64,000 nt of DNA from Paraspadella gotoi (Eukaryota > Animalia > Chaetognatha), in the NCBI GenBank assembly GCA_051294375.1, contig JBJCIZ010000239.1, forward strand, positions 419,055 to 483,054, written 5' to 3'. Position numbers and translations under genes: made by a program. Below are positions 12,083-26,500 of the stretch, piece after piece. The notes beneath the pieces are model-generated. The model was not told the origin of the DNA. It did no database searches and was given only the letters and a program-made list of their open reading frames with translations. Each line of letters opens with the position of its first letter. Position 1 is the first letter of the stretch.

Positions 12083-13372
12083 TTGACAACCATAAGCCAT
12101 GTTGACATTCAATAAAAGCGACGTAACAATTTTGACCGTGTAAGAAATAGTTGCGTATCTTGGTTGTATAAAACCGTATGGTAAATAAGTTATAAACCAT
12201 AAGACTCCCGCCGCTGCAGCGGCTGAGTTTGCTTTTTTGAAGAAAGTGGAGACCATGAAAGAGAAATTGATCGTCGCCATGCCATAAAGTAAAAGGAACA
12301 TGAATACGCAAGTGGGATCGGAATGTGGAATGACGCTACCGCGCGGTCCCAATTTAGCGGTCAGCAAAATCGTAATCAACGTAACGATGAGCAGAACGAA
12401 AAGGAAGCATTTGGAAAACCAAGCGGCCCAATGCATCCAGTTGGAGAGGCCCATTATCTTCATGGACTCCTTCAACTTTCTGTCCTTTTCGACGGTGACG
12501 TTTTTGACAATGTCCAAAACCACAATTACCAAACTCATAACGAATATTAACGGGAATTGCAACTGAATGCTCGTCACAAAGATGTCGTCGGTGTAAGGCG
12601 GGTAAGGAATTCGTTTCAACTTGACATCGATATCCGTCATGTTGTTTTCTTTAGCTTTTCCACTTTTGGAAGAAATGTATTCGGTTATTCCTTTGTTAAG
12701 GGCGTATTGAAGCGTCAAAAATCCTTCTCGCCAGTAACCAGGATCGCCTCCCTTGTCTTTTCCCTCTTCCCTCGGTCCCAACTTCTGGAACAAGGGAAAC
12801 ACGAAATTGGTTTTCCAATCCTTGTCGGTAGAGAACAATCCTTTGTTCTTGTTGTTTCTCGGTGAGTAGTTAAACCTGAGTCGATAGTCGATCTTCCAAT
12901 TTGCATCATTGATGCCATCAAAAACGATGCCGGCCAGAGGATTGTGCTTTGCAAGACCTTTTGCGGACAGCAACGCTGGGACGCCAGAAGCGAACAATGA
13001 AGGAGGAAAGACAGATTGACTGGCGATGTCGCTCAACATCTTTTCTTCGCTTTTATACCCGACGAATTTTAAATTTAAAAAGTTTTTGGTCGCGTTGATA
13101 ATTTCATCTGTGGCTTCATTCTTTGGTGCGTAGAAGACCGAGTCGGGCGGATTTGAAGAAAAAGCCGGAAGCTGGTCGATATCAAAGGCTGGGTACAATC
13201 TGGGATCCGTTTCTGTACGCGGGGCTTTGATGGTCTGTCGAATGATCACCAATATGATGGAGAGCATCACCGGCAAGACGATCTCCAGTATTGTTACGAC
13301 CCGCTGCCGCTTTTGCAGCAAAAAGTTCTTCCACAGCAACAGCCAAAACTTTCTCCAGTTGGAGGAAGCCAT
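12083..13372 (-). CDS. ABCA3: ABCA-subfamily (ABCA3-like) transporter, coding exon 1 (N-terminus, ECD1, most of TMD1)
   Basis: ATG at 13372 gives MASSNWRKFWLLLWKNFLLQKR, the typical ABCA N-terminus. It also contains PGYWREGFLTLQ and EKDRKLKESMKIMGLSNWMHW. The exon ends YGCQ at a canonical donor CAA|GTAAGT. Orthology to ABCA3 rather than another ABCA is my inference from motif recall. Confidence 0.92.
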
Positions 13373-14189
13373 CTGCAAAATGAAAAAGGTTTATTTTAAT
13401 AATAAGAACAATATTTCGTTTGTATCAATAATTTTAGAAAATATAAATGGACCAAAATAATAAAACTTAGGCCCCCGTTGAAAGTGGTAAACATTAAGAG
13501 CAAAAGAATGATTTATTTTTTTACATTTGCTGTACGAATTTCAATACATTGAAATTATAATCAATGCACGAGAGTAACCGCAGCGGATTCAGAAGTAAAA
13601 CAGTTGATCTTATTGCGCAATTCTGTATTTTCATCGAGTGCAAAGTCAATTTTTTGTGTTGTCGTCGAGACGAAAGAGCAGACGATTTTCCGAGGTTCCT
13701 GCAGCGTCGGCATGCGGCGTGGGCTGCGGCGCTCGCTCCTGCACCGGGTTTAGCTTTTTCTTGTATTATGTAACAAAAAAAAAAAGAAGAGAGACAGAGA
13801 GAGAGAGTGAGTGAGTGAGTGATTATTAGTCATCTAAAAGTTACGAATCAAAAGATTCTGATCACATGAAAAGCGATACAGCCCGTAGGCGTTTGACTCA
13901 AAAAGCTAAAAATAACACAAAAAATCTTTACTTATTCGTTCGCCGATTATCACACAATCAGTTAGCGGCCTTAAACATTTATCAAAACCTCTAAATGATC
14001 ATTTATCCTTTTTAAAAGCTTCGTGCGATTGTCCTTCTAGTTTAACCTGGTCAAAGTGACGTCAACTCGTTGCGACGCTCGCCACGCCCCCCCGTCTCGA
14101 TGACCGGCGCGTTAACGATGCCTTCGAACGCGAACCGCGAAACGAAAACCCATTGCCCTCTCAAGAGTAAAATAGGTCAATGAGCGCGA

Positions 14190-14800
14190 GGATGACGACG
14201 ATGACGACGACGATGACGACCATGATGACGGATGACGACTAATGAGGACGATGATGAGGACGATGACGACGATGACGAAACATGATGACGATGAGGACGA
14301 CGATGACGATGATATTAACGATGAGGACGATGATGACCGACAATGAGGACGACGATGACGATGATGATGACGAGATGATGACCGATGACGACCATGATGA
14401 CCATGATGACGATGAGGATGACGACGATGACAATGACGATGAGAAATGACGATAGAACAATTGACGATGGAGAACGATGACGAAGAATGATGACTAGATG
14501 ACGACCATGTGACATGAGGACAATGATGACAATGAACGACGATGATGAAGACGCCCATAAGACGACCATGACGACGATGAAGATGATGTCGACGGAGGCA
14601 ATGGCGACGACGATGACCCTGACGATGATAATGACGACCAAGATGAACCCAACGACAATGACAAAAATGACCCCGTCGAGAATGACAAAATTGATATCGA
14701 CGAGAATGATGATGACCAAGATGATGACAAAAATGACATTAACGACAATGATGATGACACAAATATAGGNNNNNNNNNNGCCCTTAACGACTATGACGAT
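14190..14800 (+). repeat. Degenerate (GAT/GAC)n trinucleotide tract upstream of the ABCA gene
   Basis: About 600 bp of gatgacgacgat variants; duplicated at about 28310-28940. Confidence 0.85.
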
Positions 14801-15496
14801 CTCCAGGAGGAGATATCATTAAGGGAACTTGACAAAGATAGAAATTAAAATGACGATATAATCTTGACAAATATTGCAATTANNNNNNNNNNNNNNNNNN
14901 NNNNNNNNNNNNNNNNNNNNNNNNNNNNNNNNNNNNNNNNNNNNNNNNNNNNNNNNNNNNNNNNNNNNNNNNNNNNNNNNNNNNNNNNNNNNNNNNNNNN
15001 NNNNNNNNNNNNNNNNNNNNNNNNNNNNNNNNNNNNNNNNNNNNNNNNNNNNNNAAACAAACAACAAAAACAAAGGCTTAATACAATATGCATTTCGTAT
15101 TATGAACTTAAAACGGATAAAAGACGCAAATCACGTTATCAAAAGATAATGACAAACACTGATGACATTGANNNNNNNNNNNNNNNNNNNNNNNNNNNNN
15201 NNNNNNNNNNNNNNNNNNNNNNNNNNNNNNNNNNNNNNNNNNNNNNNNNNNNNNNNNNNNAAATTTTCTTTCTTTCTTTCTTTTTTTTCCAAAGTCGTAA
15301 ACCTTTATTTTTAATCTAATTGTTTGACGTCATATTTTTTCTCTCTTTGTCTCTTCTCTATTCTTTTTTATTGCTTATGTTTTTCTCTTCTTTCTGACGT
15401 TCTAATACTAAATTATGTACTTTTACTCTTTGTTTTCTGTTTTCTCTCTTTTTATCTTTCTTTCATATTCTGTCTCTCTCTTTCTCCCTCCTTTCC

Positions 15497-17054
15497 CTCC
15501 TTCAAGTTGGAGAATTTATGGGCAGTTCGATTCTGAGGCGCTAAACAATGGTTAATTATTGTTTTACTAATAATTAATTGATTTATGAATTTATTGATCA
15601 ATTCGTAATTCATCAATATTTTATTCTTATTCTTTATTCATTCATTCTATATTCATTCATTTTTCATTCACACGTTCTTTCGTGGTTCCTTCATTCATTA
15701 ATTTATGCATTGAATCATCCATTAAAACGTTAACTCTTTGCTTGTTATTCATTCACTCCATTAGCCAATTAATTTATTCATTCACAATTGTATTAATCAT
15801 TTTTTATCTCACTCTCTAATGCATTAATTCATTCATTCATTCATTCATTCATTCATTCATTCATTCATTCATTCATCCATTCATTCATTCATTAATTCAT
15901 TCATTCATTTATTCCTTCATTCATTCATTCATTCATTCATTCATTCATTCATTCATTTATTCATTCATTCATCATTCATTAATTCATTCATTCATCAATC
16001 CTTTATCTTCCCATGTTGATCTCTTTTCACATCTTCGAATGCTCCTCCCAAAATGCGTCGCAAAACATTCGCCCTTCATGTTCTACTGGTTTTTCTTTCG
16101 TGATCCGAAACCAATTTTTTTATCACCTTTATCTTTCACAATCGAGTTGTTAGTTAAAAGGAAAAGATTAAACATTTGTTTACGATTCGGACGAGATAAA
16201 TGTACATCGGTGTTAGGATGAAGGGCGGACGTAATAGCCGAAGGAAATCGGATCCATCACTCGTTCTCGTTTGGGTTATGTATTTTTAACTTGGAGGAAC
16301 GGAAGCGGAACATCTTTAAATAGCCGGAAAACAAAGATACGGTATTATTTACTGTTTTATGTTTATTGACAGATAGATAACATTAATTAAAAATTTTAAT
16401 ATGATAGTACTATATTTTTTTAATAATAAAAAAAAAAAAATAAACTGCTTGGAAGATATTTTGTGAACTCGGGAATGGACATATTTCCCAGGTCATCTTA
16501 GTTGACCTTTTTCGGACTCGTCTTTTTCACCATCGTTGTCGCTTTCTCGTGTTTTTTCTTTTAGCCGAAAACCTCGTCACTTGTTATTCGAACAAAATCG
16601 TTTCGCAGGAAAGATTTTCAATTATTGCACGACATTAAAATTTCCCCATTTGTTTAATTCTAAAGATTAAGCTTATTCGAGCCGTGGCCTCTTCCTCAAT
16701 GATAATATAATAAATAAATAATAAAATAATATAAATGATATAAATAATAATATAAATATAAAACATTTTCTACACTGCTGTTTTAAATAAAACTCACGAG
16801 GCGGAAATATTCCGAACCCGTCCCTCGACATTTTTACAACTGCTATTGTCTTGTTTATTTATTTTACACTCGGTTTATTCCCCGCGATTGGCTTGGCGAT
16901 GGAGCGACGGTGCTTGGCGTCAACCAAGCGGACGCTCCGCGTTACGTTCCGCTCCTCTCGACTCTCTCTCTGTCTCTCTCGCTCGTTGAAACAGCGAAGA
17001 GACGGAAAGTGGATGGAGACGACAAGCACTCTGACACTAAGGTAAATATCAAAA

Positions 17055-17114
<60 letters not shown>

Positions 17115-17177
17115 CAATGAGGGGATGGTCTTTTCATGGTTTGGTTTTGTGAGGGCAAAAATATAGTAGGAGTCAAG

Positions 17178-17228
<51 letters not shown>

Positions 17229-17254
17229 CAGAAATAAAGAAAAAAAAGATGAGC

Positions 17255-17297
<43 letters not shown>

Positions 17298-17970
17298 AGA
17301 GAGAGACAGAGAGAGAGAGAGAAAGACAGATAGAAAGAGAACCAAGAGTATCTAAGAGCCATTATTCAGTTTTAAAGCAAGAGGCGAGCAAAAAATTAAT
17401 TGTTGATTAATAAAATTAACTAATACATGTAAAATTATACGCTTTGTCATTCTGTCAAAGTAACTAATTTATATTCGCATATTTATATTGCGTATTTTGA
17501 ATCGTTAATTAGTTTTTCCTGTTAAAACTATTAAAAAAAATGACGCATATTTTTCTTTACATACATTAACATTAAGTTTTCGCGTGAAAAGTATTTACCA
17601 AAAAAAAAAACAAAAAAAAAAAACAAACATTTTTTTTGGAGAAACAAAAGAGAGGCTATGTCGCTAATTTACTAAACTTGAATTTTTAAACGAACAACTA
17701 TGTTTTTGAACGAAATACGAACTTTTTTTAACGACGAAGACGACTATAACGACTATGTAGAAGACAGCGACGACGACGAAAACACCGAAGATGACAGCGA
17801 CGACGACGAAACAACGACGATGACAACGATGCAATGACAGCAACAATCTGCCGGAAAGTAAACACCTTTTTTTTTTCCTTCGCGTCAAGAGTCGAATTGC
17901 AACTGGGATTTAGAGGAGGATTTTCTCGCTGAAGAGGACGAGAGAGAGAGAGAGAAGAAGAGAGAGAGGA

Positions 17971-18018
<48 letters not shown>

Positions 18019-18248
18019 ATTTTTGTTGTCGTCGTTGTCAAGTCGTCCAGGACTTAGTCCGACTTAACCCACGGAGAAAAAAACTAATGGACAAATGGCG
18101 AGATGGCGAGCGGGAGAGAGGAGAGAGAGGAAGAGAGATAGAAGTAAGAGAGAGAGAGAGAGGGCAGAGAGAGAATTGCAAAGAGAGCGAGTGAGGGAGA
18201 GAGGAGATAAATTGTTAGAGAGCGAGAAGAGAGAGAGAGAGAGAGAAG

Positions 18249-18306
<58 letters not shown>

Positions 18307-19354
18307 CGAGTGAAAGGAAAGAGGGAGAGAGAGAGAGAGGGGAGAGGCGAGAAGACAATTGTAAGAGAGAGAGCGAGAGAGAGAGAGAGAAAGAGAAAGA
18401 GGGGGTGAGATGGCAAGATGGCGAAAGATCGAGAGATTGAGATGGCAAAAACGGCATTTTACTCCGTAAAACTTTCACCATGTCGCTATATCAATATATC
18501 ATATTACCTTCTTAACGCGACCTCACAACGCATTTTCCCTCACCCTCACCGCATCACCCTTTCTCATTCCGCGATCTTTTCACGCGTTCGCGGTGAAACA
18601 GATAAGAAAAAAAAAAATCACAAAAAAAAAAAAAAAAATTCCCGCAGCCGCGAAAAATTGAAATTTGAAAAGGGGACGGGTTGGGGGGTGGGGGTAGCGG
18701 AAAGGGTCGGGGATTGAGTGGGTAATGTCGGCTCCACATTGTCTGTTTAAGGAGTCCAATTAGAGGGATAGGGAATAAAACAATCACGTAAACCTGATCT
18801 AATCTTAAACCCTAATACTCACCCAAATCCCCCAATCTTAATCTAACACTAATCCTACCTAATCTAACCCTAATCCTAAACTATCCCTGATCTAATCTTA
18901 AACCCTAATCCTAATCATAACCCTAATCTTAACTCTAATTCTAACCCTAACCCTATCCTATTCCTAATCCTAAACCCCTAATCTCTAACCCTTAAAAGCT
19001 ATCTCAAACCTAAATCCTTAATCCTAATCTCAAACCAAATTTATTAACCGGATATCCAAAACGTTTAATCTTTTCATTAATTGATTCCGAATTTAGGATA
19101 AAAAGGGTCGTTCTGGGAATATAAGGCCGGAGTGTCCTCCTTTCCAGACGGCGCCGCGTCAACGAGTTTCACGCTTCGCGCTCTCTCGGTTTTTTTTTTC
19201 GGCTCGGATTGTTGTTGTTGTTCTAGAGATTGTTGTTGTTGTTGTTGTCTCTCATATTCGTCGTCATCGAAGTAAGGATCGCATATTTTTTTCCTCCGTG
19301 GTTTTTTTATGAAATTGGTAACATCATATATATATTTTTATGTCTTCTCTCTCT

Positions 19355-19414
<60 letters not shown>

Positions 19415-19721
19415 AAATCGTACAACGGAAATAAGTATTACGCTTCCAATTTTTTCTAAGGCATATCAAAGAAGAGTACAAACGGCTGCTTGTTCGTTTT
19501 CTATGATGAAATTATTATGAAACAGATCGAATATACAAGAAATAAACAAAGAAAAGTAAAAATCTCACAACAAATCTTCCATCTGTGTGAATCTCAGCGT
19601 TTGTGGAAGGCGAAGGCGTGAACCGAAAAAAACAAAGCAAAGATGTTCACGGCGTGAAAAATAAAAAAAACACGGATATAGATTTATCGAGAGAGAGAAG
19701 AGTTAGAGAGAGAGAGAGAGG

Positions 19722-19804
<83 letters not shown>

Positions 19805-20488
19805 AGTTAATATTCAACTTCTCTCCAAAGACGACGAAAGCATCTGGAAATAATCGAATGTTTTGATATCAATCGAGAGATTGTGTTGCTAAGAGAGATT
19901 CGGAACAGACGATTATCTCACCTCGACAGAATCTTTGAAGCGAGAAAATTTCGTTTTATTTTTTTAAATTTAAATTCGATATTAGGGTGAAAATGTTTCC
20001 CGACTGTCGACGCCTTCGTTGTTAATTTCGTTGTTGGTTTTTAATTATCGTTTGAACGGCCGCTCGTGAGCTGGACGTCGCAGAGCCCTTGTCGGTGAAT
20101 CGAAATAACTTTAAGCCTATTACGCTTTTATTATTTTAACAGTATATTCTTTTTCCTGTTTTTTTTTTGTTGGTTGTCGGTCTGTCTGATTATCTGTCTA
20201 TTCTGTTCACATTTAAAACACGCTGCAGTTATGTTCTTAAATCTTGGAAAAAGTTCGACGGAGAGCTTTTTTTTTTCCTCTTTTTGTGAATTTCCGGGAT
20301 CATCTGGAATAAATGCATAATTTCTATATTTTTACAATTAAACAGGTTTGTCGGGTTGTTAAACATAAGTTCTAGTTTTTTCATTCTCGAATGTTTTGCT
20401 TTTTGACCCAAAACGATACAAAAAAGGGTTTATATGACGGAGGAAGAGAGAGAGAGAGGGGGAGAGAGAGAGAGAAGAGAGAGAGAGA

Positions 20489-20527
<39 letters not shown>

Positions 20528-23500
20528 AGAGAGAGAATTTTTTGTCACAAGTGAGTCAAAGATGATCGGTTTCGTCAAAAATCCTTTCTCGCCTTTCAAG
20601 TCGAACTTTCCGCGTCACCTTTCGTCAATTTCCTCTCCTCTCTGTCAGATCCAGTCTCTGTCTCTGTCAGCGAAGAGTCCACCTGCCGTGACGTCATCGG
20701 TTGCACCCACAATCTTTTCACCATCGGAGAGAATGAACGTTTCGCGAAAACAAAATCCTTTTCTCACGTGTAAAAAATGTTGAAAAAGTAATTACGTGAA
20801 AAATAATCATTTAATTCGTCAATTAGTCGAAACGACTAATGATGGTAATTTTGTTTTTTCCATTTTTCCCTGTTCTATCTTTTTATATCCTCAAGAAATT
20901 GGTAAATATCATCCATTCATTTAATAAATAAGCGATCTTGCCAATGACTGTTGACATGCTATGATTCCCTATTACAAGTTAAGAATAGCAAAAAGCTTAA
21001 AACTTTCAATCTAATTTATTCAGTCTAAACTATTTACTCTATCAATTAAATTATTTAATATTTCAAAAAAAAGTAAACAATTGAATAAAAGGAGTTATAT
21101 TATAATTATATGGACGAGTTGTCGTCGTCAGGCGCCGCAGCAGACGGTTCGCGGCTCGAGTGACAGGCGAAAAAAAAAACTTGGTCAATATGACATCAAC
21201 AAGCCGGTCTTCACACCTCACAACAACCGAAACGCCGCATCAGGTTGTGAATAAAATTAGTTGAATCACAGATATCGTGTGAATACTTTAATTTCGAACC
21301 AGGGAACAAGATAAATGAAACAGAGCAGATTCCGTGTATTATTTTGTAACATAGAAAATAAAATAAGCAATTGAATCTTTATAGATTTTCAACGCCGAAG
21401 AAGAAAGTAATTTGGATCGTCTGACTCTGATTAGATACGGATCGCAATAACTTTACCTAAATTGGAATTATTTTTGTTATGGTTTCGTTCACAAACGTAA
21501 ACCAATTTTTTTTAATCTTTAAATATGAATGCCACGTTGTACAATTAGCCAATTCGATTCCGTTCGCCTTTTCTGTGTGGAATTCTATTTATAAAAAAAT
21601 CTTAATGAAGGTCTGGAATCTCGGCGCCCAAAGTGTAATCTGAACTTCTTACTCTTGATTTATAGTTTCAATTTTTAATTTGAAAAAAGGTTTCACTTTC
21701 TGCTTTAACAGAAATTTTCCGGTTTGACATCACTTGAAATACTACTGTACCACTAAAAATACCACGATAAAATTAACTTTTGGTTTTATTCACATTAAGT
21801 TATTGTAAAAAAAAATAAAGATAATGTGTCATCATTTATTTTTATCCGAATAGTGTAACATTTTTCTTTGGAATGTGAGAGTCTACAGATCAAAAAAAAA
21901 AAAAATTAAAAAAAAAAAAAACCAAAAAAACAACTTAAAAAAAAATACTAAGTCTATGTAAACATTTGCACTAACGATTTGCACAAATAATAATAATTAA
22001 AAAAAAAAAAACAAACTCCGAAACGATCACACTAATCCGATTTGTTTCCGCGTTTTGATCCGAGCGAAATGAGGAAAACTTGGCCAACGTAGTTTGCGAA
22101 ACGGAATAATCTCGATATTAAATTCTTCCCTCGCGCTCTCGATCCTATCGAAAACCTCGCCCACGATACGTCACGCCTCGAGGTCGAGGGATGTTTCGGG
22201 AATCCAGTAATGAATCAAACCCTGATGCTCGTCCTTCAATTGCGCACCCGGAAATGATTCGTCGAGAAACTCCATCAACCGCGCGAGACCTTTGGCGTCG
22301 GTGCCATTGGTTCCACGCTTTCCGTTTGCGTTGGTGCCCCAATTCTGGCCATCACCGTGTACCCGTTTCCGAATTTATTTTTCAAATGTTGACAAACTTC
22401 CTATGCATTTGAATATCCCATTGACCATAATGGCCATGCGGGTGCACAATGCTCGCACTCGTCCATACTGTCGATGTGAGAATGAAGCTCTGATTACCTC
22501 GTTCTCTGATGGAAGACAGGTATCCCAAAGCAGCCTCTTGCTAACTGGGCTCCATCCCGGTAGTAGCTCGTCCAAAAGGACAATGTCTGGACTACCCACC
22601 AACGCAATGGTGTTGACAGTTTTCTTTATTTCCACCTGAAAAATTTTTCGTGTATTTGTGGATGTGTTTTCCTCGAGAAGAAGAGCACTCACCAAGTGTT
22701 TGATCATATCTGGATCATGGTTCTCTTAATGCCTTTCAACCTGGCATACATTGTGAGCGTTTCCCACCCGGTCATTGGTCTATGAGGGCATCGAATTGAG
22801 GACAGTAGCCCATACGTTGTTGGACCCTCTTAATTTGATTTGATGTCGACCACCAACATAGCCATTACCATCTGTTATTGTTCATCACCGGTTAGCATTT
22901 TGAAAAGTGGTCGTTTTTCCAGCTTCCATTAACGCCGAGAAGTCCGAAACATCTCCCTTTGAATGGCCAATGATAATTCGTTCACTGCTAGAAATTCGCC
23001 ATATTTTTTAGTGAGCGAATCTAGAATTATCGCATTACTTCACTCAGTCAATTTGTTAGTTCGATCATGTTTCAATTCTGAGTTTTTCACTGTTGACATC
23101 TTCGTCGACGCTGAGAAGTTCGCGACAATCCGTGAGACGAAATCTCTCACAAGAGTTGGTTCAGATGCACCCTGTGGACGAACTCTTTCCCAGAAACCGC
23201 CAGAGACGAAAGGGCATTTCTGCACCTCCTCTGATACTGTAGAAAGTACCCCTGAGAACCTGTGATTCATAGATCATCAGAATTGAAAAAAAGTCGCCGA
23301 TGCGAGACATAGAAGAATACTTCTCGGCGATTCCAGGTTTTTCCCACGACAAATAATTGTCATTGAATTTGGCACACATATCTCCACAATTTTTTTGGAC
23401 AACATGGAAACGGTTCCGTCATGAGAGCGCAAAAGAATCCAAGGGATATGTTGTAGGCTTCAAAAAGTCGTGGCATGTTTTGTTAAAATTATAATTGTTG

Positions 23501-26500
23501 TAAACGTCATTAATCCTGCCCAAGAGCAAAGCCGGGAAAGAGCAAAAAAATCCATTCTAATAGATCTGTTTCATCTTGCGTTCCGAGGTCAGGAATGGAT
23601 AATATAGCATTTGTAAGCAGAGTAACGACTCCAGTGAAAATATTGAACATCACTAATTTGACAAAGCCCCGATGTGGGTACATCAAAACGAAAGAAAATA
23701 AATAGACCATTGGTAGTTGAGCAAACGCATAACAAAAAGTAGTAAAAACACATACGCAAGATTGTCTTTGTAAAGATATGCTGGATGTCAAAAGGAAAAA
23801 GACTAAAAACAACTAGAACGGTGGGAATCAAGAAATTTATAAAATCCCAGAGAAAAGTCGATAACAAAAAATTGACGAAATGAACGCCCGCGACGATTTG
23901 TAATGTGCTTGCTTTGGAGACTCTTTCCCTGATTAGGAATACTGCAAATGATGAACTGAGAAACACATTCGACATTAGATTAATGACAGAACAAAGGAAT
24001 CAAAATTCTTTGTTTGTTCGTCAGAACCTGATCTCTCGCAGTACGCGGGAGTGGATGTTAGTCGCATTAAGGGCGCTAAAATTACATCCACGATGTAAGA
24101 CAGAATTGAATTCATTAAGATCTCGAGTGAAATTGCTGGGGTGTGAAATCCTGATCGTTAAAAAAATCCTATGGCTTTTTTACTTCATTTGCCTCGAAAT
24201 AAGGCACCAACTATGTAGTGATCATTTAAGTATGAAACACCATCCGATGCTGCTATTTCTACAAGATATTCATCAATAATTGATTATTAGTTTGTTTTGT
24301 ATCTCATGATCATTTTTTACATAAACCGGTTGTCTTTAGTATTTCTAAATGATCAGCATATTTATATTCAGTAGAGAAGCATTACTTTTATCTGAGGTAT
24401 ATTCATTATATGTATAATGAAAAAACTTTTTCTAGATTCAAAGCATGGAGGCAAATCACCCGGCTTTGGAACGTTTTCATCACTAGAAGTGCGTTGCCAG
24501 GTAAAGGCTGAATTATCAATTGCGCAAATGAAATAGCCAATTCCGTTTGTATGTAAAACTCGCTTGAGAAACATGGCATAAAATTGTTTGAAATAAAGTT
24601 TCAAACCAAAGTTTCTGGTTTCCTGCCTGATGTTATCCATTGTCTCTGGTTTGAATAAAGTGAATTAGCTGTGTGTTTGTATGCCTTCAACTTCAAAAAT
24701 TTGGATTTTCGAAAGCGGTATCATTTTGAGCTGGCGTAGTCTGTCGAATTTTTTGTGTTAATGTTTCATCCTCTTCTTCTCCACGCGCATGAAAACCTCC
24801 TCCATTGTTGTAATTGATGCTCCATAGCTCATGATACCCAAAACCTTTTCTTATTAGCTTCAAGATAAGAAAACAGTTGAGCAAAACTGAAGAACTCTCT
24901 TTGGAAGAATGAAGGACAACTCCGCACTAATGTACTTTCCAACTGTGCTTGAGGGACATGATGAAGATCAACCGAGATATCTAGACACGTCGCACCTTGT
25001 GTTTTCTTTCACATATAACCATGTGGTAACCTCCTCCATATTTTGACTTCAAAAACCAATGAAGAACCGCAGCATTTCATTACCACCGTTAGACATTATA
25101 GCTATCGATTGCCAAGCACATCGGCTTCATCCATGAAAGTGAGTAGTTAGCAATACGTTCTTCCTTGCTTGTACTTTAATAAAACATCCAAGTTTTTTCT
25201 TCGAGCCGATGGATCATCCCGGAGGTAGCTCATCCACATTACAACTTAGGATTTCCAATTAAAGCGATTTCCAACAGACAGCTTTCTCTTCATCCTCCGA
25301 TAGATTCTTAGCCAAGGAAAACTTTTTTTTGTTTCTAAATTTAAATCTTTCAAAATCTGATTTATTTGTAAATCGAGAGTTACCTTTTCCAGGTGATTTC
25401 CTTTTAACTCGCCAAAAAAAACTAAGTGTTCGAAAGTTAGAGAGTCAAACAAAACATCAATGCTGAGGACAGAGCCCAATCGAATGACGAATGTCATCCA
25501 TTTCATTTCGAATGTCAAAACCATTAATTATAGAAATCCTGATGTTGGAGGATATTGACCAGTAAGGACGGCATGGTGGTACTTTTTCCTGCTCCATGTG
25601 CCCAGCAAGACTGTAATCTGACCTTCAAACATGTCATGGATGTATTTTTACAGCAATCTTCGACCCAAAAACCTTTCTCAAATTTTCATCTGAATACCCG
25701 CATTGAGACCAATTGGATTTTTTTCGAAATACTCGTCGCTCTCATTCTTCGAAACTTCCTCAGAATTTTCTAAAATTTCTCTAGAATTAATTTTTTTCTG
25801 AATATTTTGTTTCCAACGCGGGCCGAACCAATACACTAGGGGAACGGAAAATACCACTTTTGCGGCACACCAAGCTCACCAGGAGCGATGCCTTCCACAT
25901 ACAAGTTATTTGTAGCGGTACAAAAAAAAGTCGACCAACGAGCATAAACCATAACGATTTGCATGCTAAATTATCATCAACTGATGACGCCTGAGATAAT
26001 GTTTGCCCATTGCAGTCCACCTCCTTTTCCCTCAAACATTCCCATGACCTGAAAAAAAATTACCATAAACCTTAGCACAATTTAACGTAATTTATTACTA
26101 TTTACTTACTTGACAACCATAAGCCATGTTGACATTCAATAAAAGCGACGTAACAATTTTGACCGTGTAAGAAATAGTGCGTATCTGTTGTATAAAACCG
26201 TATGGTAAATAAGTTATAAACCATAAGACTCCCGCCGCTGCAGCGGCCGAATTTGCTTTTTTGAAGAAAGTGGAGGACCAGAAAGAGAAATGATCGTCGC
26301 CGTGCCATAAAGTAAAGGAACATAAAGACGCAACTGGGATCGGAGTGGAATGACGCTACCGCGCGGTCCCAATTTAGCGGTCAGCAAAATCGTAATCAAC
26401 GTAACGATGAGCAGAACGAAAGGAGCATTTGAAAAACCCGGCCGCAATGCATCCAGTTGGAGAGGCCATTATCTTCATGGACTCCTTCACTTTCTGTCCT

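Larger units (their letters stand above)
1272..15496 (+). repeat. Tandem segmental duplication, unit 1 (~14.2 kb)
   Basis: Begins CCTCCTTCAAGTTGGAGAA at 1272; the same string recurs at about 15497. All unique blocks recur in the same order about 14.1 kb downstream. Confidence 0.9.

Noticed and set aside
14112-14768. His/Ser/Val/Met-Thr-rich ORFs on both strands
   Set aside because: A degenerate (GAY)n tract that is open in several frames by composition alone.
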